From the NCBI RefSeq assembly GCF_964194155.1, contig NC_135885.1:57784001-57848000 (forward strand): a stretch of DNA of 64,000 nucleotides. The letters are read 5' to 3'. Shown here in pieces: positions 25,403 to 38,244 of this stretch. The DNA is from Cetorhinus maximus (Eukaryota). Position 1 is the stretch's first letter, and each line of letters opens with the position of its first letter. The position numbers and the translations under genes were made by a program. Below the pieces are notes generated by a model. The model searched no databases. It saw only the letters and a list, made by a program, of their open reading frames with translations, and was not told the origin of the DNA.

Positions 25403-26362
25403 AGTATTGCTGAAAAAAGAGACACGTCAAAGCTTTTCGTCTTGCATTTGCTCACTGTAAATCACACAAACTCCTGAATGGGCTTAAGCCCACCACTTTT
25501 GGTCTTGAAAAGTGCCCTGTCTACCTCAGATTACCCTGGAAGGGTAAGCTATCTGAAAATTTTGAGCAACAGGTGAAGCTAGCCGTTTCACACTGCTACT
25601 ATGCAGTAGCGACACAAGTGGTGTTTGCCACTAACAGGATGCAGTCGTCAAGCTAAAAAAGACATTCTGTCTAATACACAAATGAGTAATGTGATATATG
25701 AATTTCAGTGCCAGTGTGATGCTCGGTATCCCAAAGACAGGCAGATCATATCAAACGGCATGTCCCTTCAGCTGTTTGGAATGGGCAAGGTACTGACCGG
25801 ACCCAACCAGCCCGTGCTTGCAAAACTCAAAACGCGGTGTCCAACATTAGATGTGATTCCACAATTGGACATTTGCTAAACAATCCAGAGTGATCAAAGA
25901 ATTATGGTGACAACCAATTTAAGATCATCACTTGGGCTCGCAGTGTGGCACACTTACACATGCTAGAAGCTACATATATTACACAGAGCCCCATTTTTTT
26001 GCAGACTGAAAGAATATGTACACACTTTGCATCTGTCTCAACTGAACAAAACAGGTGACAGCTATGCTTTGGTTCATTCCCCAGGGCAATGCTTTGACCA
26101 ATCAGAGGCAACCTGCCTGGTTTGAATTTAAACAAAGCTTGACAGTTAACTGTCAGTCATCAGTAAACTATTGCATTCTTTGTGACAACTCCTCTACCAA
26201 TCAGAGCCCACTTGCCAACTAATCAGCACTCTCTTCTCATGAAGTATAAATTGTTGTTCTCTTTACATTTGGTATTCTTGCGAATGCCCTAAGTGCAAGA
26301 TGAAAAGCTTTGATGTGTCTGTTTTTTTCACCGATACTCAAGTTCTGTACTACCAAACGACT
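25403..26362 (+). mobile_element. 5'-truncated PLE of a second family (GIY-YIG end) with an inverted terminal-repeat copy at its 5' end
   Basis: SNVIYEFQCQCDARY and HLLNNPE...FKII...LEATYI endonuclease remnants; 25403-25448 is the inverse of 26293-26338; imperfect TSD aaatcctcctta / aaatcccactta. Confidence 0.85.
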
Positions 26363-27257
26363 AAATCCCACTTATCTCATTGACATAGCTCTGCCTTCTT
26401 GTAAAGGATGAGAGAACACACATTTCTGGCATTTACGCTGATTTGGAACAGGTCTAAATTTGAATATTGTTGAAAACAATTGCAGGGAACAAAGAAAATA
26501 CATTCAAACCTTGCATCTTTTTTGAATTACTCAGAAGGACAAGGGGCCTTGTGTTTCCCATTTGGATTGTGACCACAGAACCAGAAGAATAATATAAAAA
26601 CAGACTTGAAGATTACCAATAACAAAGATTTTTTTCATCATACATTGTAGCCTCTTCACTATGACCATTACTATGTCAAGGACATGGAAAAGAGAACAGT
26701 ATCAACATCTAACAGAGGAAACATAGCCATGAGTGCTTAAATAATACTTCATTTTTATTAGAAAGTACCAGATCAATGTGTATGGTTGTTACGCAAATAC
26801 ATCAGTTTATGCAAATAGTTTGCACAACATGATGGCCTGAAATTTCCTTGATCCAATTTATGTTGGTTTCTACATGAATCTTGCCAAAGTCAACTTGCAT
26901 TGAAATTTCATTGGCATACACAAGAATGCAAAAACGTGTAAAACAAGTAGAAATGCATGTAAACAATTGAGGCTACCTTTATTTTTTAAGTCCCTCTGTG
27001 TATTACAGGTATTATAAAAATTAAAGTTTGAAGCTATAAAAAATATCATTTATGCAAATTAAGTGCAGCAGGTTTAAGACAATGTAATTATTGAAGCTCT
27101 TCTATTTTAAATTTAATATTTTGAGGCCATAATATTAAAGATATACAGAAAATACAAAACCGGTCTTGGTGAGGAGAAATAGAAAGAAATCATTGTAAAA
27201 CAGAAACAGTGATTATGGGTCCTCCTCTCCTGGGATTTTAGGCGTAAGTTTACACCT

Positions 27258-27346
27258 GGTAGTACAAGACTTGAATATCACTGAAAAGAGAGACATGTTA
27301 CAGAAACCTTTCGTCTTGCACTCATCAGGACAAATGCAAGAATGCC
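27258..27346 (-). mobile_element. Terminal-repeat fragment of the second PLE family with a hammerhead core
   Basis: Minus strand TTGTC-CTGATGA-GTGCAAGAC-GAAA-GGTTTC; homologous to 26270-26355. Confidence 0.75.
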
Positions 27347-28051
27347 CATGAATCGGCAATGTTGCTCTCCTCAGTACCATCTTTAATGCATCACTAACAT
27401 TTTATAGTTTATATAATATGTTGCCTTATTAGTGAACTGTACCACTTTAAAATAATCTATTAAATATTTTATTCCTTTTCTTTTTGCAGGCTGTTAGAAG
27501 ATGTTACCTGCTGAAGGAAATATTATGCATTTTGTAGGTTGTTCAGTACTGTTGCAACCAAGTGCGATGAAGTAATAGCCTAGCCTAGAGTTTGCTCCAA
27601 TTGTGTTACCTTTTCCAGTGCAATTTGGCCAAAATCTGCATAACCAGCACAAAAGATAGTGAAATTTTAACCATTGCTTGCATTCAGCACAACTGAAGTT
27701 TCCACAATCTTTTGTAGTAGTTGGAAAACATTGCACAGAAGCAGGCCCTAAACACAATTGGCCACGCCCCCAGGTTGAAATACACACATTTGGAGTTTCT
27801 GCTATTTACATTGTTTGCAGGCTTTCAGAGAGGCTTTAAAAGTGAAGCTGCTTCTTTTGGCTGCAAGTAAACTAAAAGGTGCATGAGAAGCTTTTAAAAT
27901 GTGTTTTTGTTAAAATTTACAAAAACTAAGATACCCCAATATTATAGCTAGAAAGTAGTTTTATGTATTTTTTCAAAGTGAGTTTCATAATTTAGCATTG
28001 GGTTAGTCAAAGCTGTTTAGTTGGCACTTTGATTAAAAATGTTTACTCTTC

Positions 28052-28630
28052 GGGCAGAATTTAATTCCCTCCCCCCCAATGGCAAGTTTGACGGTGAGGT
28101 GCGTTTAATTGCGCGGGAGGGTTGTGGGTGCTGATCCTGCCGCCTTTCAGCCTCTTCCCCAATTAAGTCCGTGGCAGGAAGGTGTGTGGACTACTTTCCC
28201 ACCCCACTGCCAATTGAGGCCCACTTAAGGGACTCACACTGCTGCTGCCGGTATTCACCCAGTGGCAGACAGGGGACTGGCCATGTGAGAAGCCAGAAAA
28301 ATGAATTCTGTTGGAATTGCTTTCTGGCTTCTGGTGGGTGGGGGCCCTCATTCAAAAGCACTATGCATCGGGAATAGGGAACCCGCTGAGAGTCACTCCC
28401 CACCCTTGCTGCCAACCCACCACTCCCCAGCAAACCCCTCACACCATCACACACTTGTTGCTTGGTCTATTGGCAAACCTGGGCCTCAGGTGGGTGCCAT
28501 ACTAGCAGAGGCCACTGCCTCCCTGCTGGCGCTGCCGAGCAATGAAGAACTGTTGGCCTTTGATTGGCTGGCAGCTTTTTGTGGACGGTTCTTCTGCTCC
28601 TGGGGTCCTTGATTCCTGGAAAGGCCTTCC
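28052..28630. mobile_element. Harbinger-type MITE (GGGCAGAATTT terminus)
   Basis: Terminus and internal motifs (caattgaggcc, cttaagg) resemble 46340-47026; right end uncertain. Confidence 0.55.
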
Positions 28631-30319
28631 TGAAAGAGTCAACATGGGACTCGTACCCACTCTCCAGCTAGCAGGCAAGACCCCTGGATCACCTCCATTA
28701 AATACCACCCTTTGCGACAAACCTATTTTCAGCTCTGTTAATCAAACTGTGATAAGTTACCACTTCTAAATATACGAAGGAGAATTTAGCATTGTCCGAT
28801 TGCACTGGTTCATGGCAGATGAGTTTAAGCAAAAACCCAGGGTAGGTAGGTGTGGAAAACAGTTTTCAAAACAGGCACAATTTGCGAAGGAATTTCCAAT
28901 TGCACCCACAGTGAAAACTCTACCCCCAATGTGTCTTACCTAGAAGTTTTTTAATAAAAGATAATAATTAATGAAATACAACCCTTCTTCCACCAATATG
29001 TATTGACTGTGCATAAATTAAGAGTAGAAATAATTTGCTGAAAACCCAATTATCCCAATAAAATCAGAAAAGTAGAGAAAGATAGAAGATATGTAGGTGT
29101 TGTTTTTACTTCTTGAAGTCAACAGGAAAACCCAAAAGAGCTGAATTTCCTGTCTGCCTCAATACTGGTATATCTTTGGCAAGGAAATACTTCCACTCTG
29201 CCATTAAAAAAAATTGGACAGACAAGAGCATTAATGGCACTGCTGGTCAATTGCGTCTTATTTGAGCATGTGTATGGGGGATTGGAGGGGGAACAGGTTT
29301 GGGGAGGTGATATTATTGTGATACCTTACCATAGCGTGGGTGAACCAATGGTCCCAGCTTCATAAAACGTTACAAAGTGTCCTATTTTAAACCTGCTGAT
29401 TATATTAAGTAAATTGGCCATTTAAAATTTTACCACCTCCTTTCCCCAGTCATTGGCAATACAATGTACCAGATACACCCTGGTGCCCAGAGTTACTTGG
29501 GAAGTAAATTGTATGATGTCTTCCTGTCATTTGGTTCTCTTTATAACATTATAACATGTCTGTATTTCAGAAAAATACCAAAAACCCAACAGGTATTAGT
29601 TCAGATGAGGTTCCCTGGAAGTCAGGTCCCAGTAGTGAGTACGAACAAGAATCTGCCACACGAATATGATAATTTTTCCAAAGAAGGAAAATATGATGGG
29701 TGAGCAGAAGTCCTGTGAAGATCCATTTGTAAGTGAACAACAGCAGAGGAGAATGTAAGCCTAGAAAACTGTACCTTCAAATAAACCATTTTTCAAACAA
29801 TTGTTAAAAAAATGTCAAGACATCTTTGTGGATTTCCTGTGGTTATGGTCACAACAAAGGATTGTTAGTTCTGCAACAGTCACTTCTGTTATTCAGGCCT
29901 GAGTGGTTTTAAACGACAGGCTTTAATATACATTGATTAATAACTGTATTGTTGTTATACAACTGTTAAAGAGAATTGCACTAAACTACAGAAATTAATA
30001 CAACCTCTTTTCTCTGCAAAGACCAAGCTGATCAGACTTGCAACCTTCATGAGTTACCACTGAGCCAAGAGGACTTCCGACTGTTCTATTGCAGAAAGCC
30101 AGTTGGTAAAGAATAGAATCGGTCTTATCATTTTTATATTTATTTACAGAGTTACACATTACAAGCAGACAACTCTTAACCCAACAACCATAATTTTAAT
30201 CTGCTCAATTTTAGAAACTCAAGTGAATCCCCAGATGGCCACCATCTACAAATGACTACACACAATTAATATACAATTAACAGATTCCCTTCTCTCTTTC
30301 TCTTTAAATAAAAAATGGT

Positions 30320-30805
30320 TAGGAAAGATGTGAAGGGAATGGAGAGAGTGCAGGAAAGATTTGTGAGAATGGCTCCAGGGATGAGAAACTTCAGTGCATG
30401 GATAGATTGGAGAAGTTGGGACTGTTTTCCTCCAGGAATAGAAGGTTGAGAGAAGGTTTGATGAGGTATTTAAAATCATGAGGGGCCTGCACAGAATAGA
30501 TAGGGAAAAACTTCCCACTAATGGAAGGATCGATAACGAGAGGGCACAGATTTAAGGTAATTTGCAGAAGAAGCAATTGAAACATGAGGAGAAAGTTTAT
30601 CACACAGCAAGTGGTTAAGATCTGGAATGTGCTGCCTGATAGTGTGGTGGGAGCAGGCTCAATCGAGGCATTCAGGGGGGAATTGGATTATTACCTGAAA
30701 AGGAAGAATGTGCAGGGTTATGGGGAGAAGGCAGGGGAATGGCACCAGGTGAATTGATTGTTTGGAGATCCAGTGCAGACATCACAGGGTGAATGGCCTG
30801 CTCCC
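30320..30805 (+). mobile_element. CR1 LINE 3' fragment nested in the Copia
   Basis: Colinear with 59985-60430. Confidence 0.85.
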
Positions 30806-31675
30806 ATAAACTGTAAATACAATTTACTTCCCAAACAACTCTGGCCACAAGGGCGGATCTGGTACATTGTATTGCTAATGATTTGGGAATGGAGGTAGTA
30901 AAATTTAAATGGTCAATTTACTTAATACAATTAATAGTTCTACCATGAAAGCAGCAGGTTTAAAATAAGCCACTTTGTAAAGATTTTGCAGCTGGGACCA
31001 TGGCTTCACTAATGCTATGGCAGGGTATCACAATAATATCACCTCCTCAACCCTGTCCCCCACAGCCCGCATACACACACCCACATAAGAGGCAAGTTGT
31101 AATAATTCTGTGATGCACAAGTTAATTTTCAAAATTAATTAAATCAAAAGCTCCATATTCTGTACAAAGCATTACATTGTGAGATGTCCATTCAGGATCT
31201 AGAACAATTTGTTTTTATAAGCCATTCAGACAGAGGAGTCTTGCATCCAACCATTTGAAATTTTCTTTCTCATCAGCATTTGTTTCCCGCCAACAAGGTT
31301 AATCTATATAGCCTTTTCTCTCTCACATTTCTCGTGGAGTGTAATTATACCACAAGGAATTATTATCTACATTATACTATACTATCTTCAGGGGATACTA
31401 TCTTTAATATGCCCATGATACAGAATCTCACTTAAAATATTTGACAAATAGAATCCCATATCCATGGCCTCTACAACAGTCAGTGTTTCAGCAGCTAAAG
31501 TACTTTTAACAACCATTTTTATTTTGTTAGCTTCTTAAGCTAAGGGACATTTACATTTTTATCCATCAAAGGTATTTTGAAGCTTGAATGCCCATGAGGA
31601 AGATTAGCATGTGAAACATTGCTAAAAGTGATGAGTTTCGTGTTCTTTTGATCATCTAAGGATGGGAACTTAGGT

Positions 31676-32780
31676 TGTGATGATTTTAGTCAAGGCCAGT
31701 AACTTTTTTTTCCCGCAAAAGAAATCCAAAATCCCAGTTATATACTGAAAGAATAAAGCCACAATATTCCACGGTTTAAACAAAAGAATTCTTACTATAC
31801 AACAGTCAAACAAAGCAAACACTGAATACTATCTTTGATAACCACCTATATTCTAAAACCCAGAATTAACGTAAATTAAACATGAATTAACAGCAAATTG
31901 TAATCGATTAATTATAGCTTATAAATGACAATTACAGCTAAGACAGATCTTACAAATTGGCCCGGCAGTCTACTCAGCATATATGTCAACCATCTCAGTC
32001 ATGAAATCCTTCAAAACTCTGTCTTCCTCATGAAGAATTTCAGATCCTCTTCTAGGATTTAACTTGATCCTCAGCCTATAGCAGCACATAACCAACCTGA
32101 GTTCCAAAGGCACTGTCCTTTCCAAAAATGGCACATATCTGCAGAACCTCCTCAACTCTGCTTATGACAGTCTGGATGGTGTAGATCTACCAATGTTATC
32201 TTCAAGTAACAGAAACAGCTGCAGCAGCTATATTTGTTTATTCTCAACTTCTGAATCTAGCCTCTGCCTTCTTCAGCCTGCCTGTACGCACCACTGAACT
32301 CATCACCTACCACTGAGCACTGATGGCTCTGTCTCCTTTTATATAGCTTTAACCAGAAGTTTTCATTTCCAATCTCATTTTCAGTCTTAGTTTCCGTAGC
32401 AACTGCAAGTGTCAATTTGCCTTTCTCAGTTGCCCTTTTCAGTTCGGGTCTATCTCAAAACATACAAGCTTTGATCACAGATTCCATCACAAAATATACA
32501 TTTCTGTAGATGTTTTTTAGATGTTTCATTTGCCCTTACAGCATTGTCTACTTTAGGGCGTTTCATCATAGTACTTAACTCCAACACATCAAAACTAGCA
32601 TCTGGTCTAGTCTAAGTTTCCAAGTAGTTCAACTGACTGATTAGCATCTCAATTACTCTGTCTGTTCTATAGATATAACATCATCTTTCTGTGATGACCT
32701 AGTACAATTAACCAGGATAGGAATAAATGAGATTGGTGATTTAAAGTTATTCCAGACCTACTCTGCTTAATAGCTGAACC
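31676..32780 (-). mobile_element. Solo LTR nested in the Copia
   Basis: Starts TGTGATGA; shares ccagtaac...aaatccaaaa.cccag and aaacaaaagaatt motifs with the LTR at 35279. Confidence 0.55.
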
Positions 32781-32784
32781 ACTG

Positions 32785-33630
32785 GTCAGGATCTTGCGGT
32801 CTCCGGGTGGTTGGAGACTGGATATAGCCCGGAAGCTGTGCTACAGGACTCCTTGGAAGGCCCAATGCAAGGACTCTGCAGGAAATGCCTGGGAAGTTTT
32901 AACTTTCGATGGGAAATTTCCTCTGATCCCTGGGACCCTCCGAAAATGTTTCCAACTCCGAGTTAGACTTGGTGACTTCGGTCAGTTTCGACTTACCAGA
33001 AAATTTACCCCGGTAACATTAGACAGTGAAAAACCTGGTTTAACACCTGGGTAACTATACAAGTGATCCTCCAATCACTCGCACTGACCCCCACCTGATT
33101 ACCCGCCAACCCCTCAACTGCATCCGGACTCCCGACTCGACTGACTAGCCCCTAACACCCAACACGACTTGACTATCCCCCATCACACAACTCCTCCCCG
33201 CCGACCTGACTAGCCTCCATCCCAACCCAACTTCAACCCACATACTCACTCACCAAACTGCCACCCTACCTGCCTACCACTCTACCCACCTCACCCACTT
33301 GCCACCTTACCCCCAACCCACTTACCTTACCCACCCTACCCCCTTACCCACCTAATTTTTTTGTAATTGTTTTCAAAACAGTTTTGGTTCATTTAAACTC
33401 TTTGCTTACCAGGATACAGCAGCTAGTGCCGTAAAAAGGGGGCATGGTTTCTGTGCAGATTCTCTGCATTGCTCCTTACGAGGTTTGCTGCACTGAGTCG
33501 AATGTGAAGGGTCCTCCACTGGAAGACTGCCCTGAAATATTGGAAGGTATGTGTGTATTTTTTTGTCTGATCAGGGTTGGAAGTAGGATGCTCTTGCTCA
33601 GAAGATCTGGGTCAATATATCTAAAAGCCC
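32785..33630. mobile_element. Harbinger-type non-autonomous element
   Basis: GGTCAGGATC terminus and a C-rich core; related in inverse orientation to 36055-36500. Confidence 0.5.
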
Positions 33631-34274
33631 CACAAGTCTAATTCTCAATTTTAAATTCTATCTTGATCTTAACATATTTCTCAAATTCCACAGTGGCAAC
33701 CCATCAGAAATCAATATGCACATAGTTTCCCTCTCCACCTGCTGCCTCTTTGGGTAGTTTCAGAAACACCCCTCCCTGAAAAGTATCACTTCGCAGAAAC
33801 GCAGCTTTTGTGATGATTGATCTACACTCCCATGAATACGTTGCAAAAAGAACTAAAAAGATTACTTTTCCAGCTGTGGGAAAATCTACTCTAACGTCTA
33901 TATCACCCAGTTGCTTTTGAAAACCCATAGCAACAAGCCTCACTTGAGCCTGAATCTCCGTTTGAAAGAACTTTTCTAGTGCAATCTCCCTATGTGAAAA
34001 GCTGGTTGCCCCTTTTCTGGTTTCCCAGAATAAACTCCAAACTTTCTCTAACTATCTAATTCCCTTTGTTTTGCCTCATTGGTTTATCCACTGGTTTATT
34101 AATAACCACCAAAACTTCTTAATCATGAGCACTTCCATTTCTAGATCTGTTCTGTGGCCTTTCATTTGTGCAATCTACTTCTAGGCCTCTACTAGGACCT
34201 TTATCTGCCAGGACTATACTGTGAGATTTACCTCTTGCATGATCAGAAGCTCTTTCTTTGGAACGTGATCATAA

Positions 34275-34560
34275 TCTGGGACTTCATCCTAGGGTCTTGG
34301 AAGAAGTGACTAGTGAGATAGTTGATGCGTTAGTTTTCATTTTCCAAAATTCCCCACGTTCGGAGAAAGTTTCATTGGATTGGAAAATAGCAAATGTAAC
34401 TCCTTTATTCAAAAAGGGAGACAGAAAGCAGGAAACTGCAGACCAATTAGCTTAATGTCTGCCACAGGGAAAATGTTAGAAGCTATTATTAAAGATGTTA
34501 TAGCAGGGCACTTAAAAAAATTAAAGTTGAGTGGCCTATTCCTGTTTCTAATTCATATGT
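34275..34560 (+). mobile_element. CR1 ORF2 fragment
   Basis: LHPRVLEEV..EIVDAL..IFQNS...DWKIANVTPLFKKG...NCRPISL. Confidence 0.85.
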
Positions 34561-35278
34561 AATCTGATGCAAGAGTCACTTCCATACTTGTTATCAGTAC
34601 TTGCACTGTGCTTTTTCTCCATTCTACCAGTCCATGGGCCTAATTTCTTGGCCATCATCCTGAACATTCAACCAATATTTAAACTTGCCCAGTAGCTTTT
34701 CCTGCATGTCCCACAATTGTTGCACCCCTCCATTCACTAGCCCCCTCTGGAATACGTGTCACCCTTGGACCCCTCTGGACAATTGATCTTTGGACATGAT
34801 AGTCTGTCCTGTGCATCATGCTCACTCTCATTACCACTATCCATCTCTTATTCTACAATATTTAATTTCTCAGGACCTTCCATCATGAAACATCTGAGCA
34901 CTGATACAAGGTACCTCATTTACTTCTATCAGTTGCTCAAAGTCCAAAATTTTGTAATTAATTCCAATTAATCTTGAGGAATGAACCTTAACAGTTTGAT
35001 TGCCATGTTTGATAAGGTGGTCACGACGGTAAGACAGTACTTACCAGGGCCTTTTCATTCCCTATGACCCTCTATTTTATAATACACCAAATCTCCTGAA
35101 TTAAATTCTCTGTCTCAGAGTTTTCTCTGAAACTAACCCATTCATCACAGGACTAAAACTCCCTGTGACCAGAATAATTTGTTCGGATTCATCATTAGCT
35201 TCATCCTCCTCCTCAATTCTGTGCGTTGTGTGTAATTTTGAGGATCCTCTCCACTTTAGGCAGTTTATTGCACGATAC

Positions 35279-36918
35279 TGTTATGATCTCAGTAGAGACC
35301 AGTAACATTGTAGGTTTTTTTTGGAAATCCAAAAACCCAGGTATTAACTAAAAGAATGAAGCCACAAGGTTTAAAACAAAAGAATTTTATTGTTTAATTC
35401 TTTTAAACAGTTTAAAACAAAACTGTTTTGTTTAAAACAAAAGAATTTTACTTCACAAAAATCAAAGAACATGGATAATGACTCATTAATAACTTCGCCC
35501 TACCTTAACTGGTCGGTTACATTAAAGATATTAAAAATACAATGAACAGTTACTTATACTTTAAACCAAACACAATTTCCTTCTACGCCCATTTGACTTA
35601 TAGCCCCAAAAAAACTCATCAGATACTCATCAGAAATTGCATGATTAAATACTTCGTCTGAGTACTGTTTCAGAGATTCCTGTAAGGGTCGAGATTTCTT
35701 GGGCCTTCCGCTTATTTACTCTCCCTCAACCAAGGTAGAAAACTTCCAGTTGGACACTAGTATCTTTAGCGTTGCCTCCTCAGGTCAGAACTCTTCTGGT
35801 TCTAATATTCTTTAACTCTGGAATCTTGCATCTAGAACTCTCTCTCTCTTAGCTTGGCAATCCCAGAAGTCCAACTCACTGTTAGTAGAAATAAAAACAA
35901 AAAAATGCTGGAAAAAGTCAGCAGGTCTGGCAGCATCTGTGGAGAAAGAAACAGAGTTAGCATTTTGAGTCCATATGACTTCTTCATACGTTCAGGGAAA
36001 GATGTGTTTGGTGGTGGCATCATACTGGAGTTGGTGGAAATTGTGAAGGAGGGGGTCCAAGGTTGGGTGGGAGGTCAGTCAAAGGGCTGGAAGTCCGTGG
36101 TGAGTGTCTGAGGTTGGGTGTATCAGAGGTTGGGGGGGGGGGAAAGAAAAATTGAAGGTCAGGGGGTGGGGAAGAGGGTGTCCTGTAGGGAGGGTTGTCT
36201 GGGGTATGGTGGGGGAAGCTGTCTGGGTCTTTACAATAGTTACCCAGAAGTTAAGAGGTTTTAATTCTAACATTTTGAGTAACTATTGGTGTAACCCTGG
36301 CAAAACCATCCGAAGTTTGTGATTTAAACAACATTTTCGGATGGTTCCCAGCATAGGGCAATTGTTCAGAGGAAGTGTGCACTTCTGGGTAATTGCTGTG
36401 CAAACAAACAAACACGCAGCTGAATTTCCGAGTAGTATTCCCCAGCACATCTTTGGGGTACCCCTCAAATCCAACGCTGAGGAGCTTGGAGGTTACGGCC
36501 AGTTAACTCTTATTTCTCTCTCCACAGATCCTGCCAATTCTGCTGAGTTTTTCCAGTATTTTTTGTTTTTATTTCAGATTTCCAGCATCTGTAGTATTTT
36601 GCTTTCATCACTGTTAGTAGAGTTCTTCAGCTATCAAGGGGTTTAATCATTTTAGCCAGCACATAGAATGTTAACTGAATCCTGCTTGAAAGAGATGTTC
36701 CCTGTAGCCAGCTTGTTCTAAACTAAGTTGCTTCAAAGAGAACCACACCCCAGAAATCAAATTCCACTCTCCCCTGTAATTAACTTCTCGTTTACCCTTT
36801 TTATATTGTTTATCTTCCAGGCAACTTGGTCACATGATCATTTCTTGGGAGCCAGGTGCTTTTTACAAGAAACCATCTACCAGAGAAACCTAGTTCTTAA
36901 AGGGACCATCACCCCAAC
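35279..36918 (-). mobile_element. Solo LTR nested in the Copia, itself interrupted by a PLE chimera
   Basis: TGTTATGA...CCAACA ends; similar to the 31676 LTR. Confidence 0.55.
35890..36607. mobile_element. Chimeric PLE insertion with inverted terminal-repeat arms and a 14-bp TSD
   Basis: TCACTGTTAGTAGA at 35876-35889 and 36608-36621; arms about 35890-35990 and 36501-36607. Confidence 0.85.
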
Positions 36919-38201
36919 ATAAAGCACATGGACCATCACAATACTTCAAGTCACACGTGAAGCACCTATTAACTGTTTCTTTGGCATTCTTGGGATTTAT
37001 TCGCCTATTATTGCTGTTCCAATTTTGTCTTCTGCTGTAATAGCCAGATGTTTTAAAGGCACTTTCATCCTTATTCAGTCTGTCTTTAATCCTTCCATTA
37101 ACATTGAAGCCTGCTTCCAGTAACTGGACCATTTTGATATGATAATAGAGTCCTCTATTTTTTGTGTCACCATGAAATATCCCATTTGTTCCAAGAAGGC
37201 TGAAAGAAATGACTGTTTCTCCAAGATTTTGTTTTAAGGCAGCAACGTCTAATCCAACAGGATCTCCCTCATCAAGAACCAAACACCAGTGAGAGCCAGG
37301 AGTCTTTCCATATGAGACAGCTTAGTGCAATCCAGCAATTTAAATACCCCAAATTGAATTTTGTCAATCTTTTATGCAATCTGTTAAAGTCCATGATAGA
37401 TTTCAGAAAACATAGAGGAATGTGAGTTTGACTATACTTCAGACATTTGTCATATCTTTCTTGCAAAATTCATTCAGGAACCCTAAGAGTTATCCAACTG
37501 ACAGGTGTCCAGCTCAAAAAATATATCACTCTGATTTTACTTCTGTTAGGAAGTGACAGCACCAAGGTATACCTGTTTCCTCTTTGGTAAGGATATAACT
37601 CATCCACATATCCACTGGTCATATGGTTCAGACTCCACGAACATGGGAGGATAATCATACCCTGTCAATTTACACTTACTTTCTTCCATTTTTCAAAATG
37701 GCTACAAGGATTGTAATTTTCTGCCAGAAAATTCTTTTCTTAGCTTCCAACCTTCATTTTTAGGCAACCATCCTCTGTTACTATGTTGTACTCCAGAAAG
37801 CCAGTTTGTGTAAGATAGAACTGGAGCCAATCTTTTACACACTTTAATATTTATTTACAGATTTACACATTACAAACATATGCCTCCTAACCACAGTTTT
37901 AGCTTGTGTCTATTTATAGGTATTCAAATGAATTCCCAGTTAATACCCACCAAATGCATGCAATTCAATACAATTAACACTGACTGTCCACAAAAGTGCT
38001 TTAATTTTGAGACCAGATCCTACTCTTACACTACTCAGCAACCTTTGCCTGTACAGACACGTAACAATATCCCACCAAGCAGAAGCGATGCTTGAGATAA
38101 AAGCAAAAAGCTAAAAGCTACTGCGAATGCTGGAAATCCAAAACAAAAACAGAATTACCTGGAAAAACTCAGCAGGTCTGGCAGCATTGGTGGAGAAGAA
38201 A

Positions 38202-38244
38202 TCAGTTAACGTTTCGAGTCTTCACGACCCTTCGGCAGAACTGA
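38202..38244 (-). ncRNA. Minimal type I hammerhead ribozyme (variant core) in the PLE terminal repeat
   Basis: UCAGUU-CUGCCGA-A-GGGUC GUGAA GACUC-GAA-ACGU-U-AACUGA: 6-bp stem I, 5-bp stem II, palindromic ACGU in place of stem III. Confidence 0.75.

Larger units (their letters stand above)
30082..37979 (-). mobile_element. Ancient Ty1/Copia (GalEa-like) LTR retrotransposon fragmented by nested insertions
   Basis: LTRs 37784-37979 and 30082-30282 (TGTTAATTG...ACA on minus); tRNA-iMet-like PBS 37766-37783; PPT 30283-30305; TSD CCGAC/CTGAC; gag about 36930-37710, post-integrase region about 34560-35278, RT about 33640-34270 (RLVAMGF...DFPTAGK), RNase H about 31180-31675 (VVKSTLAAETL). Confidence 0.85.
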
